From positions 1 to 62,539 of the forward strand of contig JBAYLA010000005.1 in assembly GCA_041664285.1 (NCBI GenBank): a stretch of 62,539 nt of DNA, in the 5' to 3' direction. Below, piece by piece: positions 9,685-18,791 of the stretch; position 1 is the first letter of the stretch, and every line of letters starts with the position of its first letter. Below the pieces are notes generated by a model, which saw only the letters and a program-made list of their open reading frames with translations, was not told the DNA's origin and searched no databases. The stretch comes from Minisyncoccota bacterium (GTDB lineage: Bacteria > Patescibacteriota > Minisyncoccia > Phycocordibacterales > UBA9973). The translations under genes and the position numbers were made by a program.

Positions 9685-10021
9685 TTTTTTTAGCATTACC
9701 ATCAAAATCTTTTTCGTCACCTACTGCGTCTGGCCAGACCCAAATGTGAGCATGAAATATTTCTTCACCGTAAATTTGTAAACGTATCAGGTCCGCATTA
9801 AATGCTTTTTTTTGAGCCAAGGCTATTTTTTTAGCAACTTCAAAATATTCTCCGACATTAGGTACGTCCCAAACGAAGCGGTAATGCTTTTTAGGTATTA
9901 TCTGAGTATGGCCTGGGCCTATTGGTCTTATATCTAAAAAAGCCAAGAAATTCTCATTTTCATAAACTATATTGGCTGGTATTTCTCTTTTTATAATTTT
10001 ACAAAAAATACAATCATCCAT
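9656..10021 (-). CDS. HIT-family nucleotide hydrolase/transferase
   Basis: MDDCIFCKII N-terminus and C-terminal FHAHIWVWP histidine motif. ATG at 10021 preferred over the listed 10066. Confidence 0.8.
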   Translation of the reverse strand: MDDCIFCKIIKREIPANIVYENENFLAFLDIRPIGPGHTQIIPKKHYRFVWDVPNVGEYFEVAKKIALAQKKAFNADLIRLQIYGEEIFHAHIWVWPDAVGDEKDFDGNAKKIISSLQAMP

Positions 10022-10044
10022 ATTTATATATTCTATACTATATA

Positions 10045-10053
10045 TGCTAAAAT
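10045..10053 (+). promoter_or_regulatory. Extended -10 (TGcTAAAAT), 7 nt before the recJ ATG
   Basis: Read directly. Confidence 0.55.
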
Positions 10054-10060
10054 TCAATTC

Positions 10061-11713
10061 ATGCAAAGATATGGAGAATTAATAAGAACGCTTTTAGAAA
10101 AGAGGGGTATTGCTAATGAAAAAGAAGCAGATATTTTTTTAAATCCTGATTATGAACGAGATTTTCATGATCCATTTTTAATGCGCGACATGGAGAAGGC
10201 TTGTGTCAGACTATATGAAGCAATAAAAAACAAAGAGAAAATAATTATTTACGCGGATTACGATTGTGATGGTATTCCTGGAGCAGTAATTTTAAAAGAT
10301 TTGTTTAAAAAAATAAACTTTTCTAATTATGAAATTTATATTCCTCAAAGAAATTCTGAAGGATATGGATTGAACAAAGAAGCTATTGAACAATTTGCAA
10401 AGTCTGCAGTAAAACTTTTAATCACTATTGATCTTGGTATTACAGCGGTAGCTGAAGTGGTTCAAGCAAAAGTTGATGGAATTGACGTGGTGATTATAGA
10501 TCATCATTTACCCCAAAATACTCTTCCTCGCGCTTATGCAATTTTGAATCCAAAAGTGGATGATTATCCGGAGAAAATGCTATGTGGAGCTGGTGTTGTC
10601 TTTAAATTTGTGCAAGCTTTTTTAAAAAAATATAGTGAATTTTATAAAATAAAAGATGGTGCAGAAAAATGGATGCTGGACATGGTTGGTTTGGCGACTC
10701 TTTCTGACATGGTTCCGCTTTTAGGGGAGAATAGAGCAATGGCATATTTTGGTATGAAAGTTTTTAAAAAGTCTCCTCGTCCAGGTTTGCAAAAACTTTT
10801 AGCTAAAATGAATATTGATCAAAAATATCTAACAGAAGATGACCTTGGCTTTATGGTTACTCCTAGATTAAATGCTGCTTCACGGATGGATAATCCAATG
10901 AGGGCTTATGATCTTCTTGCCACAGAAGATGAAGTAAAAGCTGGGGTGCTTGCAGACCATTTGTCTAAAATAAATGATGAAAGAAAAACTATTGTAAAGA
11001 ATATTATGCGTGAAGTGAATAAAAATTTTGAAAAGCGTGAAATGAACGAAGTGATAGTGATAGGTAATCCAAAGTGGCGAGTGGGTGTATTGGGGTTAGT
11101 GGCGGGGAAAATTTGTGATGAACATCAAAAGCCAGTTTTTGTTTGGGGTAAAGATGAAAACGATTGTATTAAAGGATCTTGTCGGAGTGACGGATCAGTA
11201 TCTATTGTAGAGCTTATGTCCGGAACTAACGAATATTTTATTGATTTTGGTGGTCATGAATTGGCTGGTGGATTTACCGTTCACAATGAGAAAATTCATT
11301 TTTTAGAAGAAGCATTATCTATGACCTTTCATAAAGTAAAAAGGGGGAAATTAGAAAATAAAACAATTTATGATGTTAAATCTGATTTAAGTATTTTAAA
11401 TATGAAAAACTGGCGAGAGATAGAGAAATTAATGCCTTTTGGACTTGGTAATCCGAAACCTGTTTTTCTTTTTGAAAATGTGAAGATAGAAAAAATAAAA
11501 AAATTTGGGAAAAATGGTTCGGGGGAGCATTTAGAAATTATGTTTTCTGATTTCAATAAGAATAAAGCTAAAGCAATTTCCTTTTTCTCTAATCTTGATT
11601 CTTTTGAAAATACTTTACTAGAAGGATTGAAGGTAAACTTACTTGCTACTTTTGATTTATCTAGATTTAGAGGAAGAGTTGAGTTAAGATTACGAGTAGA
11701 GGATATAATATAA
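10061..11713 (+). CDS. recJ: Single-stranded-DNA-specific exonuclease RecJ
   Basis: DHH motifs (ADYDCDG, IIDHH) and DHHA1 motif GGHELAGG. Confidence 0.85.
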   Translation: MQRYGELIRTLLEKRGIANEKEADIFLNPDYERDFHDPFLMRDMEKACVRLYEAIKNKEKIIIYADYDCDGIPGAVILKDLFKKINFSNYEIYIPQRNSEGYGLNKEAIEQFAKSAVKLLITIDLGITAVAEVVQAKVDGIDVVIIDHHLPQNTLPRAYAILNPKVDDYPEKMLCGAGVVFKFVQAFLKKYSEFYKIKDGAEKWMLDMVGLATLSDMVPLLGENRAMAYFGMKVFKKSPRPGLQKLLAKMNIDQKYLTEDDLGFMVTPRLNAASRMDNPMRAYDLLATEDEVKAGVLADHLSKINDERKTIVKNIMREVNKNFEKREMNEVIVIGNPKWRVGVLGLVAGKICDEHQKPVFVWGKDENDCIKGSCRSDGSVSIVELMSGTNEYFIDFGGHELAGGFTVHNEKIHFLEEALSMTFHKVKRGKLENKTIYDVKSDLSILNMKNWREIEKLMPFGLGNPKPVFLFENVKIEKIKKFGKNGSGEHLEIMFSDFNKNKAKAISFFSNLDSFENTLLEGLKVNLLATFDLSRFRGRVELRLRVEDII

Positions 11714-11716
11714 AAA

Positions 11717-12196
11717 ATGCAAGAAAAAAATAGTGTAAAAATTTATACAGATGGGGCGGCGAAGGGGAATCCAGGACGTGCAGGCTGGGGGGCTGTTTTT
11801 ATTTTTGGGAAAGAGGTTATTGAAATTGGAGGAGGAGTAGGCCATGCGACTAACAACCAAATGGAATTAACTGCGCCGATAGAAGCGTTAAAATATTTAA
11901 AGAAATTATCCAAGCAAGATCTAGTTAAAAATAATATTGAGATTGTTTCCGATTCGAAATATGTGATTTTGGGAATTACTGAATGGATTTTTAATTGGCA
12001 GAAAAATAATTGGAGAAATGCGACTAAAAAACCAGTTTTAAATAAAGAACTCTGGGAAGAACTTTATAAACTTACCCAAGACCTAAAGCCCAGATGGACC
12101 TATGTTAAAGGACACAATGGAGATAAATACAATGAAAGAGCGGACGAAATAGCCACTAGTTTTGCAGATGGGGAGCCAGTGGTTTTAAAAAAATAA
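11717..12196 (+). CDS. rnhA: Ribonuclease HI
   Basis: IYTDGAAKGNPG, NNQMEL, SDSKYV, VKGHNGDKYNERADEIA. Confidence 0.85.
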   Translation: MQEKNSVKIYTDGAAKGNPGRAGWGAVFIFGKEVIEIGGGVGHATNNQMELTAPIEALKYLKKLSKQDLVKNNIEIVSDSKYVILGITEWIFNWQKNNWRNATKKPVLNKELWEELYKLTQDLKPRWTYVKGHNGDKYNERADEIATSFADGEPVVLKK

Positions 12197-12207
12197 AAAA
12201 CAAAGTT

Positions 12208-12795
12208 ATGGACGAAAATCCTTTTAAAAATCAGGAAAAATTAAATACAAAAGTAGAGATAGCCAAACGAGAAGACTGGGAGGAATTAAAAAAATTAAGA
12301 CTTTTTGCAATTAAGAGCAAAGACGGTCATTTTTTTGGTGTTACAGATAAATCTGTAAAAGAAGAAGAAACACAAAGTGAAGAAGCTTGGAATAAATATT
12401 TTTTTGATAATAATGGGTTTGTGGCAATTTCTAGATATGGTTCTGAGATTGTGGGTATGGGTATGGCATTTAAAAATAATGACGAGGAAAATTTTTGGCG
12501 AATGCGTTCAAATTATTTAAAACCAGAATTTAGAAAAATGGGTCTTGGTCTTAAAATGTTTGCCACCACATTAAATGAAATAAGAAAATCTGGAGGAAAA
12601 AAAGTTTCTTTAAACATAGAAGTTGGAAATAAAGAATCTATGGGAATTGCTTTAAAGTTTGGTTTTAAAATTATTAACAGTAAGTCAGTGAAGTTAGAAA
12701 CAGGAGAAGAATTTAAATATGATAATTTGGATTTAGAAAATCTAGACGACCCAGAAGTAATTAAAAAAATTGATGATGTTTTAAATGCGGGATAG
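12208..12795 (+). CDS. GNAT-family N-acetyltransferase (putative)
   Basis: Acetyl-CoA-binding-like FRKMGLGLKMF segment, about 190 aa. Confidence 0.55.
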   Translation: MDENPFKNQEKLNTKVEIAKREDWEELKKLRLFAIKSKDGHFFGVTDKSVKEEETQSEEAWNKYFFDNNGFVAISRYGSEIVGMGMAFKNNDEENFWRMRSNYLKPEFRKMGLGLKMFATTLNEIRKSGGKKVSLNIEVGNKESMGIALKFGFKIINSKSVKLETGEEFKYDNLDLENLDDPEVIKKIDDVLNAG

Positions 12796-14284
12796 AGTTT
12801 TTTATATAATTTGTTTTGGTTTTTTATTAGGAGTGCTTTTGCGCTCTTTTGTTTTAGTGGATTTATATTTAGTAATTTTACTTGGGATAATTTCCTTTGC
12901 TTTGTCTTTGTTTTTTACATTAATTTCCCTCGGTCATAGCTCTACGGGCGAGGCAAAAAACAATTTAGGAATTATATTTTCTATTTTTCTTCTTACTTTT
13001 TGTTCTGGAATTTTTAGATTTAACATGGTTGATGTGCTTAATCCTGTCGTATTAGAAAACCAAGTTGGGCAGAAAGTTGTTTTGTCAGGAAAAATTGTAG
13101 ATGAGCCGAATATTAAAGAAAATAATCAGCAACTGATTATAGAAATAAAAAATAGAACACAAATTTTATTATCGACTGAACTAGAGACTGATTACAAGTA
13201 TGGTGATGAGATAAATTTTACTGGAACTTTGAAAAGGCCAGAGAATTTTATAACCGACCAGGGGAAAGTTTTTGATTATATAAATTATTTACGCAAAGAT
13301 GGAATTTTATATGTAATGAGTTATCCAAAAATTGAAATTATTTCACGTGGGAATGGGAATGCAATCCAAAGTACGTTATTTTTTGTTAAAGAAAAATTTT
13401 TAGAAAAAATAAATTTTGCCATTGTAGGCACAGAAAGTTTATTAATGGGGGGACTTATTTTAGGAGAAAAAGCTTCTTTTAGTCAAGATCTTAGGCAAAG
13501 TTTTATTAATACTGGGACGATACATATTGTTGCACTTTCTGGATACAATGTGACGATAGTGGCACAGTGGGTGATGAAATTATTTGCAAAAGTACCTTGT
13601 ATGCCTAAAAATTTTGGTATTGGAATGGGCATTTTTGGAATTATATTATTTGTCCTAATGACTGGTGGAAGTTCGACAGCTATTCGTGCCGGTATAATGG
13701 CGACCTTGGCTCTTATTGCTCGGATTACTGGGAGAAATTATGATCTAGGGCGGGCTTTGTTATTGGCTGGTGTAGTTATGATAATTCTCAACCCATTTTT
13801 ACTGGTCTATGATGTTTCTTTCCAACTTTCTTTTTTAGCTACCTTTGCGGTGATATTCCTTGCGCCTAGAATTGAAAAATATTTTTTATGGGTGCCAAAA
13901 CATTTTGAACTTCGAGATATAGTATCAGTTACTTGTGCTGCATATATTTTTGTTTTTCCATTTATTCTTTATAAAATGGGTAATTTTTCGCTTGTTGCAT
14001 TACCAGCCAATATGTTGATTCTGCCCTTCATTCCTTTAACGATGGTGTTTGGATTTATAACTGGTTTTTTGGGGCTTATTTATTATGTCTTGGCTGTACC
14101 ATTTGGTTATGTATCATATTTATTTTTACATTATGAGCTTGGGGTAATAAGTTTTTTATCCAAGCTTCCATTTGCTGCATTTACTTTTCCAGATTTTCCA
14201 CTTATTTTAACAACTTTAATTTACATTTATTTTATTTATAAACTTTTTGGCAGAGATATAAATAATTTTTTTTCTACATGTTAA
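12785..14284 (+). CDS. comEC: ComEC/Rec2 DNA-uptake channel (OB/DUF4131 plus competence membrane domain)
   Basis: Polytopic membrane protein with the GTIHIVALSGYNV competence-domain signature. Confidence 0.8.
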   Translation: MRDRVFYIICFGFLLGVLLRSFVLVDLYLVILLGIISFALSLFFTLISLGHSSTGEAKNNLGIIFSIFLLTFCSGIFRFNMVDVLNPVVLENQVGQKVVLSGKIVDEPNIKENNQQLIIEIKNRTQILLSTELETDYKYGDEINFTGTLKRPENFITDQGKVFDYINYLRKDGILYVMSYPKIEIISRGNGNAIQSTLFFVKEKFLEKINFAIVGTESLLMGGLILGEKASFSQDLRQSFINTGTIHIVALSGYNVTIVAQWVMKLFAKVPCMPKNFGIGMGIFGIILFVLMTGGSSTAIRAGIMATLALIARITGRNYDLGRALLLAGVVMIILNPFLLVYDVSFQLSFLATFAVIFLAPRIEKYFLWVPKHFELRDIVSVTCAAYIFVFPFILYKMGNFSLVALPANMLILPFIPLTMVFGFITGFLGLIYYVLAVPFGYVSYLFLHYELGVISFLSKLPFAAFTFPDFPLILTTLIYIYFIYKLFGRDINNFFSTC

Positions 14285-14296
14285 TATTAAAATAAT

Positions 14297-15178
14297 ATGC
14301 TTGAACAATATAAAACATCTACTAAAGAATACGGATTATTTATCATTGTCTTTGCTCTAATACTTTTTAATGCTTTTCTTTTGTATACAGATTGGCAAAA
14401 TTCTCATCGAGAATTTACGTTTGCAATGTTAGATGTTGGTCAAGGGGACAGTCTTTTCATAGAATCTCCAACGGGGACACAAATTATGTTTGACGGTGGA
14501 CCATCTCGTAGTGTTTTAGGTTCACTCACACGTATCATATCTCCTTTTGATAAAAGTATTGATGCTTTAGTTATTACTAATCCTGATTCTGACCACATTG
14601 GTGGATTTCTGGATATTTTAAAAAATTATAAAGTAGGCCGTGTTTTTGAATCAGGGACTTTAACAGATTCTAAAATTTATCAAAGTCTTAGAGAGGAAAT
14701 GAAAAAGCAAAACATTCCGGATATTTTAGTAAAAAAAGGAATGAAGTTGGACATTGGAGGAGGAGTGATTATTGATATTTTATTTCCAGATCGAGATGTT
14801 TCTGCTTGGGCGACGAATGATGGGGGAGTTGTGGCGAAACTCTCTTTTGGTGAGACATCAATAATGTTAACTGGTGACGTGACAGCGAAAACAGAAAAAA
14901 TAATTCTTGAAGAAAATTATTCGTTACAACTTGCGAGTACTATTTTAAAAGTGGGGCATCATGGTTCACGCACTTCTTCGTCTATAAGTTTTGTAAAAGC
15001 GGTCATGCCTTCATATGCGCTTATCTCAGACGGTAAAGATAATAATTATGGGCATCCACATCAAGATACTCTGGATACGCTAGCTCAATTCGGCGCAAAG
15101 ATTTTCCGGACTGATTTACTAGGAAGTATCGTTATGAAATCTGACGGACAGAATGTCAATTTTTCTTTCCACAGGTAG
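14297..15178 (+). CDS. Metallo-beta-lactamase-fold protein (ComEC C-terminal-domain-like, separate ORF)
   Basis: MLDVGQGDS, DSDHIGG, VGHHGS motifs. Own N-terminal TM segment. Confidence 0.75.
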   Translation: MLEQYKTSTKEYGLFIIVFALILFNAFLLYTDWQNSHREFTFAMLDVGQGDSLFIESPTGTQIMFDGGPSRSVLGSLTRIISPFDKSIDALVITNPDSDHIGGFLDILKNYKVGRVFESGTLTDSKIYQSLREEMKKQNIPDILVKKGMKLDIGGGVIIDILFPDRDVSAWATNDGGVVAKLSFGETSIMLTGDVTAKTEKIILEENYSLQLASTILKVGHHGSRTSSSISFVKAVMPSYALISDGKDNNYGHPHQDTLDTLAQFGAKIFRTDLLGSIVMKSDGQNVNFSFHR

Positions 15179-15191
15179 ACAAAAGCAAGTA

Positions 15192-15200
15192 TGATATACT
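15192..15200 (+). promoter_or_regulatory. Extended -10 (TGaTATACT), 6 nt before the glyA ATG
   Basis: Read directly. Confidence 0.55.
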
Positions 15201-15206
15201 CATTTT

Positions 15207-16487
15207 ATGAAAGATAAAAAAGTAGAAAAATTAATAAAAGGAGAGAAAAAGAGACAGGCGGAAAGCTTTGAGCTTATTCCATCTGAAAATTATGTTTCGG
15301 AAGATGTATTAACAGCTAATGGTTCAATTTTTACTAATAAATATGCCGAAGGTTATCCAGGCAAGCGTTATTATGGCGGGCAAGAATTTACTGATCAATT
15401 GGAAACTTTGGCGATTGAACGTGCGAAGAAATTATTTAGATGTGACCATGCTAATGTGCAGGCTCTTTCAGGTTCACCGATGAACCAAGCGGTTTATTTA
15501 GGGCTTATGAAACCAGGGGACACAATTATGGGAATGGATTTGTCTCATGGTGGGCATTTAACGCACGGAGCTCCAGTCTCACATATGGGGAAATTGTTTA
15601 ATTTTATTCGTTATAAAACTCATCCTGAAAATGGAGGAAAAATAGATTTTGAAGAGTTAATGGCCCTTGCCAAGAAACATAAACCAAAAATAATTTTGTG
15701 TGGATATACAAGTTATCCACGTGATTATAAATATGAAGATTTTAAACGTGTTGCAGATGCGGTTGGGGCTTTTACCATGGCAGACATTGCGCACGTTGGT
15801 GGTTTAGTTGCAGCAGGAGTAATGGCGAATCCTTTTGATGCTGGATTTGATATTGTTACCACTACCACTCACAAAACTTTACGTGGACCACGAGGAGGCT
15901 TGATACTTACAAAAGGAATTGTTGGGAATCCCCTTAAAGAAGTTCCAATTACTAAAGAAAATATACCTACGGTTTTAGATCGAAGTATTTTCCCTGGATT
16001 GCAAGGAGGACCGCATATGCAGACTATTGCAGGTATTGCCGTTGCTTTGGGTGAAGCAGCTCAGCCTAAATTTAAGAAATATGCTAAGCAAGTTTTGATT
16101 AACTCAAAAAAATTAGCTGCAAGGTTGATGAAACTAGGGGTAAAGTTAGTAACTGATGGGACTGATAATCATATGATGGTAATTGACTGTGTTAAATCTT
16201 TTAACATGCTAGGAGGTGAAGTTGAAAAATTGTTGGATGAAGTTGGAATTACTACCAATAAAAGTATGATCCCTGACGATCCTAATCCTCCTTTTAGACC
16301 AAGTGGTCTGCGACTTGGCACTCCTGCTATGACTACACGTGGCTTAAAAGAAAAAGAATGCGAACGTGTTGCTGAACTTATAGTTATGACTGTAAAAAAT
16401 AAAGATAACAAGAAAGTAAAAGAAAAAATACGTAAAGAAATAAAAAAACTTGCTAAGAAGTTTCCAATACCAAAAAAGTTTGTATAA
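15207..16487 (+). CDS. glyA: Serine hydroxymethyltransferase
   Basis: ELIPSENY and the TTTTHKTLRGPRGG PLP-lysine motif. Confidence 0.93.
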   Translation: MKDKKVEKLIKGEKKRQAESFELIPSENYVSEDVLTANGSIFTNKYAEGYPGKRYYGGQEFTDQLETLAIERAKKLFRCDHANVQALSGSPMNQAVYLGLMKPGDTIMGMDLSHGGHLTHGAPVSHMGKLFNFIRYKTHPENGGKIDFEELMALAKKHKPKIILCGYTSYPRDYKYEDFKRVADAVGAFTMADIAHVGGLVAAGVMANPFDAGFDIVTTTTHKTLRGPRGGLILTKGIVGNPLKEVPITKENIPTVLDRSIFPGLQGGPHMQTIAGIAVALGEAAQPKFKKYAKQVLINSKKLAARLMKLGVKLVTDGTDNHMMVIDCVKSFNMLGGEVEKLLDEVGITTNKSMIPDDPNPPFRPSGLRLGTPAMTTRGLKEKECERVAELIVMTVKNKDNKKVKEKIRKEIKKLAKKFPIPKKFV

Positions 16488-16492
16488 AATTT

Positions 16493-17227
16493 ATGTTAAA
16501 AGGTAAAAATATTTTAATAACCGGTTCTTCTAAGGGAATCGGGGCAACGACAGCAAGATTGGCAAAATCTTACGGTGCAAATGTTATTGTTCATGATAAA
16601 GAATTGTCCCCAGAACTTGAAACTATTGCTAAAGAACTTAATGCTGAAAAAATAATTTGTGATATCAAAGATAAAGAAGCGGTGTTTCGTGAAGTTAATA
16701 AACTTTTAGAAAAGAAAATACAAATTCATTGTTTAGCTAACGTCGCAGGGGCTATAAATCACAAGCCTTTTCTGGAAACAACTGAGGAAGATTGGTTTTT
16801 TGCTTACAAAACCAATTTATTAGGAACTGTATATATGTGTCAGGCTTTAATTCCATCTATGCAGTCGTATAAATATGGACGCATTGTAAATATTGGTTCT
16901 ATCAGAGCATATCCTCAAGGTACAATTATTTCTAATTTGCCGTATTCTGCTGCGAAAGCAGCTGTTGTAAATATAACTGCAGCTTTAGCCAAAGAATATG
17001 CCAAAGACGGAATTAGTGTAAATTCTATTTCTCCAGGAGGAGTTAATACAGATATTGCGAAAAGTTGGAATGCAGAAATTTTAAAAAAAAATTCTGACGT
17101 TTTACTTGGTCGTATAGGCGAGCCTGAAGAAATTGCTGAAGTGATATGCTTTTTCTTAAGTGATAAAGCAAGCTATGCTACGGGTCAAGATTTTCTGATT
17201 GATGGTGGTTACACTATAGGAAAATAA
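16493..17227 (+). CDS. Short-chain dehydrogenase/reductase (FabG-like)
   Basis: TGSSKGIG cofactor motif and YSAAK catalytic motif. Confidence 0.85.
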   Translation: MLKGKNILITGSSKGIGATTARLAKSYGANVIVHDKELSPELETIAKELNAEKIICDIKDKEAVFREVNKLLEKKIQIHCLANVAGAINHKPFLETTEEDWFFAYKTNLLGTVYMCQALIPSMQSYKYGRIVNIGSIRAYPQGTIISNLPYSAAKAAVVNITAALAKEYAKDGISVNSISPGGVNTDIAKSWNAEILKKNSDVLLGRIGEPEEIAEVICFFLSDKASYATGQDFLIDGGYTIGK

Positions 17228-17228
17228 A

Positions 17229-17633
17229 ATGGAACTACAAGTTGGGGTAAAAATAATTTTGCAAAATAAAGAGGGTAAATATTTAGTAATTTTGCGTTCA
17301 GCAGTTAAATATCCAGATGCTGGGGCGAAATGGGAAATTCCTGGTGGAAGAATAATTTCAGGTACGATCTTGTTGGAAAATTTAAAACGTGAAGTTAAAG
17401 AAGAAACAGGGCTAGAGATAAAAGACGACCCAAGATTATTAACAGCGCAGGACATTATCCAAAATCAAAAAAATAAACACATTGTTCGTTTAACCTATTC
17501 TGGATTTTCAGATGGCGAAGTAAAACTTAGTGATGAACATACAGAATACAAATGGTTAAATCGTGAAGAACTTATGAAGCTTGAACCTATGGATCCAGTT
17601 CTTAAAGAAGTATTGACTAAATTTTCTATTTAA
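17229..17633 (+). CDS. NUDIX hydrolase
   Basis: Nudix box GGRIISGTILLENLKREVKEETGL. Confidence 0.8.
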   Translation: MELQVGVKIILQNKEGKYLVILRSAVKYPDAGAKWEIPGGRIISGTILLENLKREVKEETGLEIKDDPRLLTAQDIIQNQKNKHIVRLTYSGFSDGEVKLSDEHTEYKWLNREELMKLEPMDPVLKEVLTKFSI

Positions 17634-17657
17634 GCAGTTTTCTGATAAAGTAGTATT

Positions 17658-18359
17658 ATGAAACGGGGAAAGCTTATAGTAATAGATGGTACAGACGGGA
17701 GCGGAAAAGCTACTCAGACTAATCTTCTAGTTAAGCATTTTAAAAAAGACGGCAAGAAAGTGTTGGTTATTGATTTTCCAGATTACTATTCAAACTTTTT
17801 TGGTAAATTTATTGGACATTGTTTATCTGAGCAATATTATAATTTTGTGAAAGTTCATCCCAAAATTGCTTCGGTGCTTTATGCAGCGGATCGTTTTGAA
17901 TCAAAAAATAAAATTGAGAAATGGCTTTCTCAAGGTAATATTGTAATTGCGAATAGGTATGCAAGTGCCAACCAAATTCACCAAGGTGGAAAGATTGCTA
18001 ATACAAAAAAAAGAGAAAGTTTCCTAAAATGGCTGGCCGAAATGGAGTATGAAATTTTTAAAATTCCGAAACCAGATGCTATATTTTATTTAAGTGTACC
18101 AATTCCAATTGTTCTCACATTAATTCATGAAAGGAATAAAGGTAAAAAGAGAAATTATCTAGGCAAGAAGAAAGACAAAAAAGAAGACGTGCATGAAAAA
18201 GATGTGCAATTTTTAGAAAATTCTAGAAAAAGTGCTTTGTGGTTAGCCAAGACTCAAAAAGGTTGGATAAAAATTGAATGTGTAAAAAATAATATATTGG
18301 AAAGCCGTGAAAATATACATCAAGAAATTTATGAAAAGATTAAAAAAATTATCAAATAA
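17658..18359 (+). CDS. tmk: Thymidylate (dTMP) kinase
   Basis: P-loop IVIDGTDGSGKAT and ADRF motif. Confidence 0.8.
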   Translation: MKRGKLIVIDGTDGSGKATQTNLLVKHFKKDGKKVLVIDFPDYYSNFFGKFIGHCLSEQYYNFVKVHPKIASVLYAADRFESKNKIEKWLSQGNIVIANRYASANQIHQGGKIANTKKRESFLKWLAEMEYEIFKIPKPDAIFYLSVPIPIVLTLIHERNKGKKRNYLGKKKDKKEDVHEKDVQFLENSRKSALWLAKTQKGWIKIECVKNNILESRENIHQEIYEKIKKIIK

Positions 18360-18364
18360 ATAAA

Positions 18365-18790
18365 ATGATAATCAAAGTTAAAAAACTTAGGAAAGATGCA
18401 AAATTACCAACACATGGACATCCTGGTGATGCAGGGATGGATTTCTATTGTGTAGAAGACGTTATTTTCCATCCTGGCAAACAAGAAAGGGTTCATACTG
18501 GCGTGGCTATTGAAATTCCAGAGGGGCACGTTGGCTTGATATGGGATAAGTCTAGTATTTCTTTTAATTTAGGATTAAAGGTTATGGGTGGGGTAATCGA
18601 TTCGAGTTATAGAGGTGAAATTATTATGAATCTTTTAAATGTTTCGAATAAAGAAGTTTTAATAACCAAAGAACACAAAGTAGCTCAAATGGTAATTCAA
18701 AAATTTGAACATTGTGATATTGTAGAAGTGTCAGAAATTTCTCAAACTGTCCGTGGAGACAGACGTGAGGGAAGTACTGGTAAAAAATAG
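18365..18790 (+). CDS. dut: dUTP pyrophosphatase
   Basis: GDAGMDF, GVIDSSYRGEI, C-terminal RREGSTG. Confidence 0.85.
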   Translation: MIIKVKKLRKDAKLPTHGHPGDAGMDFYCVEDVIFHPGKQERVHTGVAIEIPEGHVGLIWDKSSISFNLGLKVMGGVIDSSYRGEIIMNLLNVSNKEVLITKEHKVAQMVIQKFEHCDIVEVSEISQTVRGDRREGSTGKK

Positions 18791-18791
18791 T

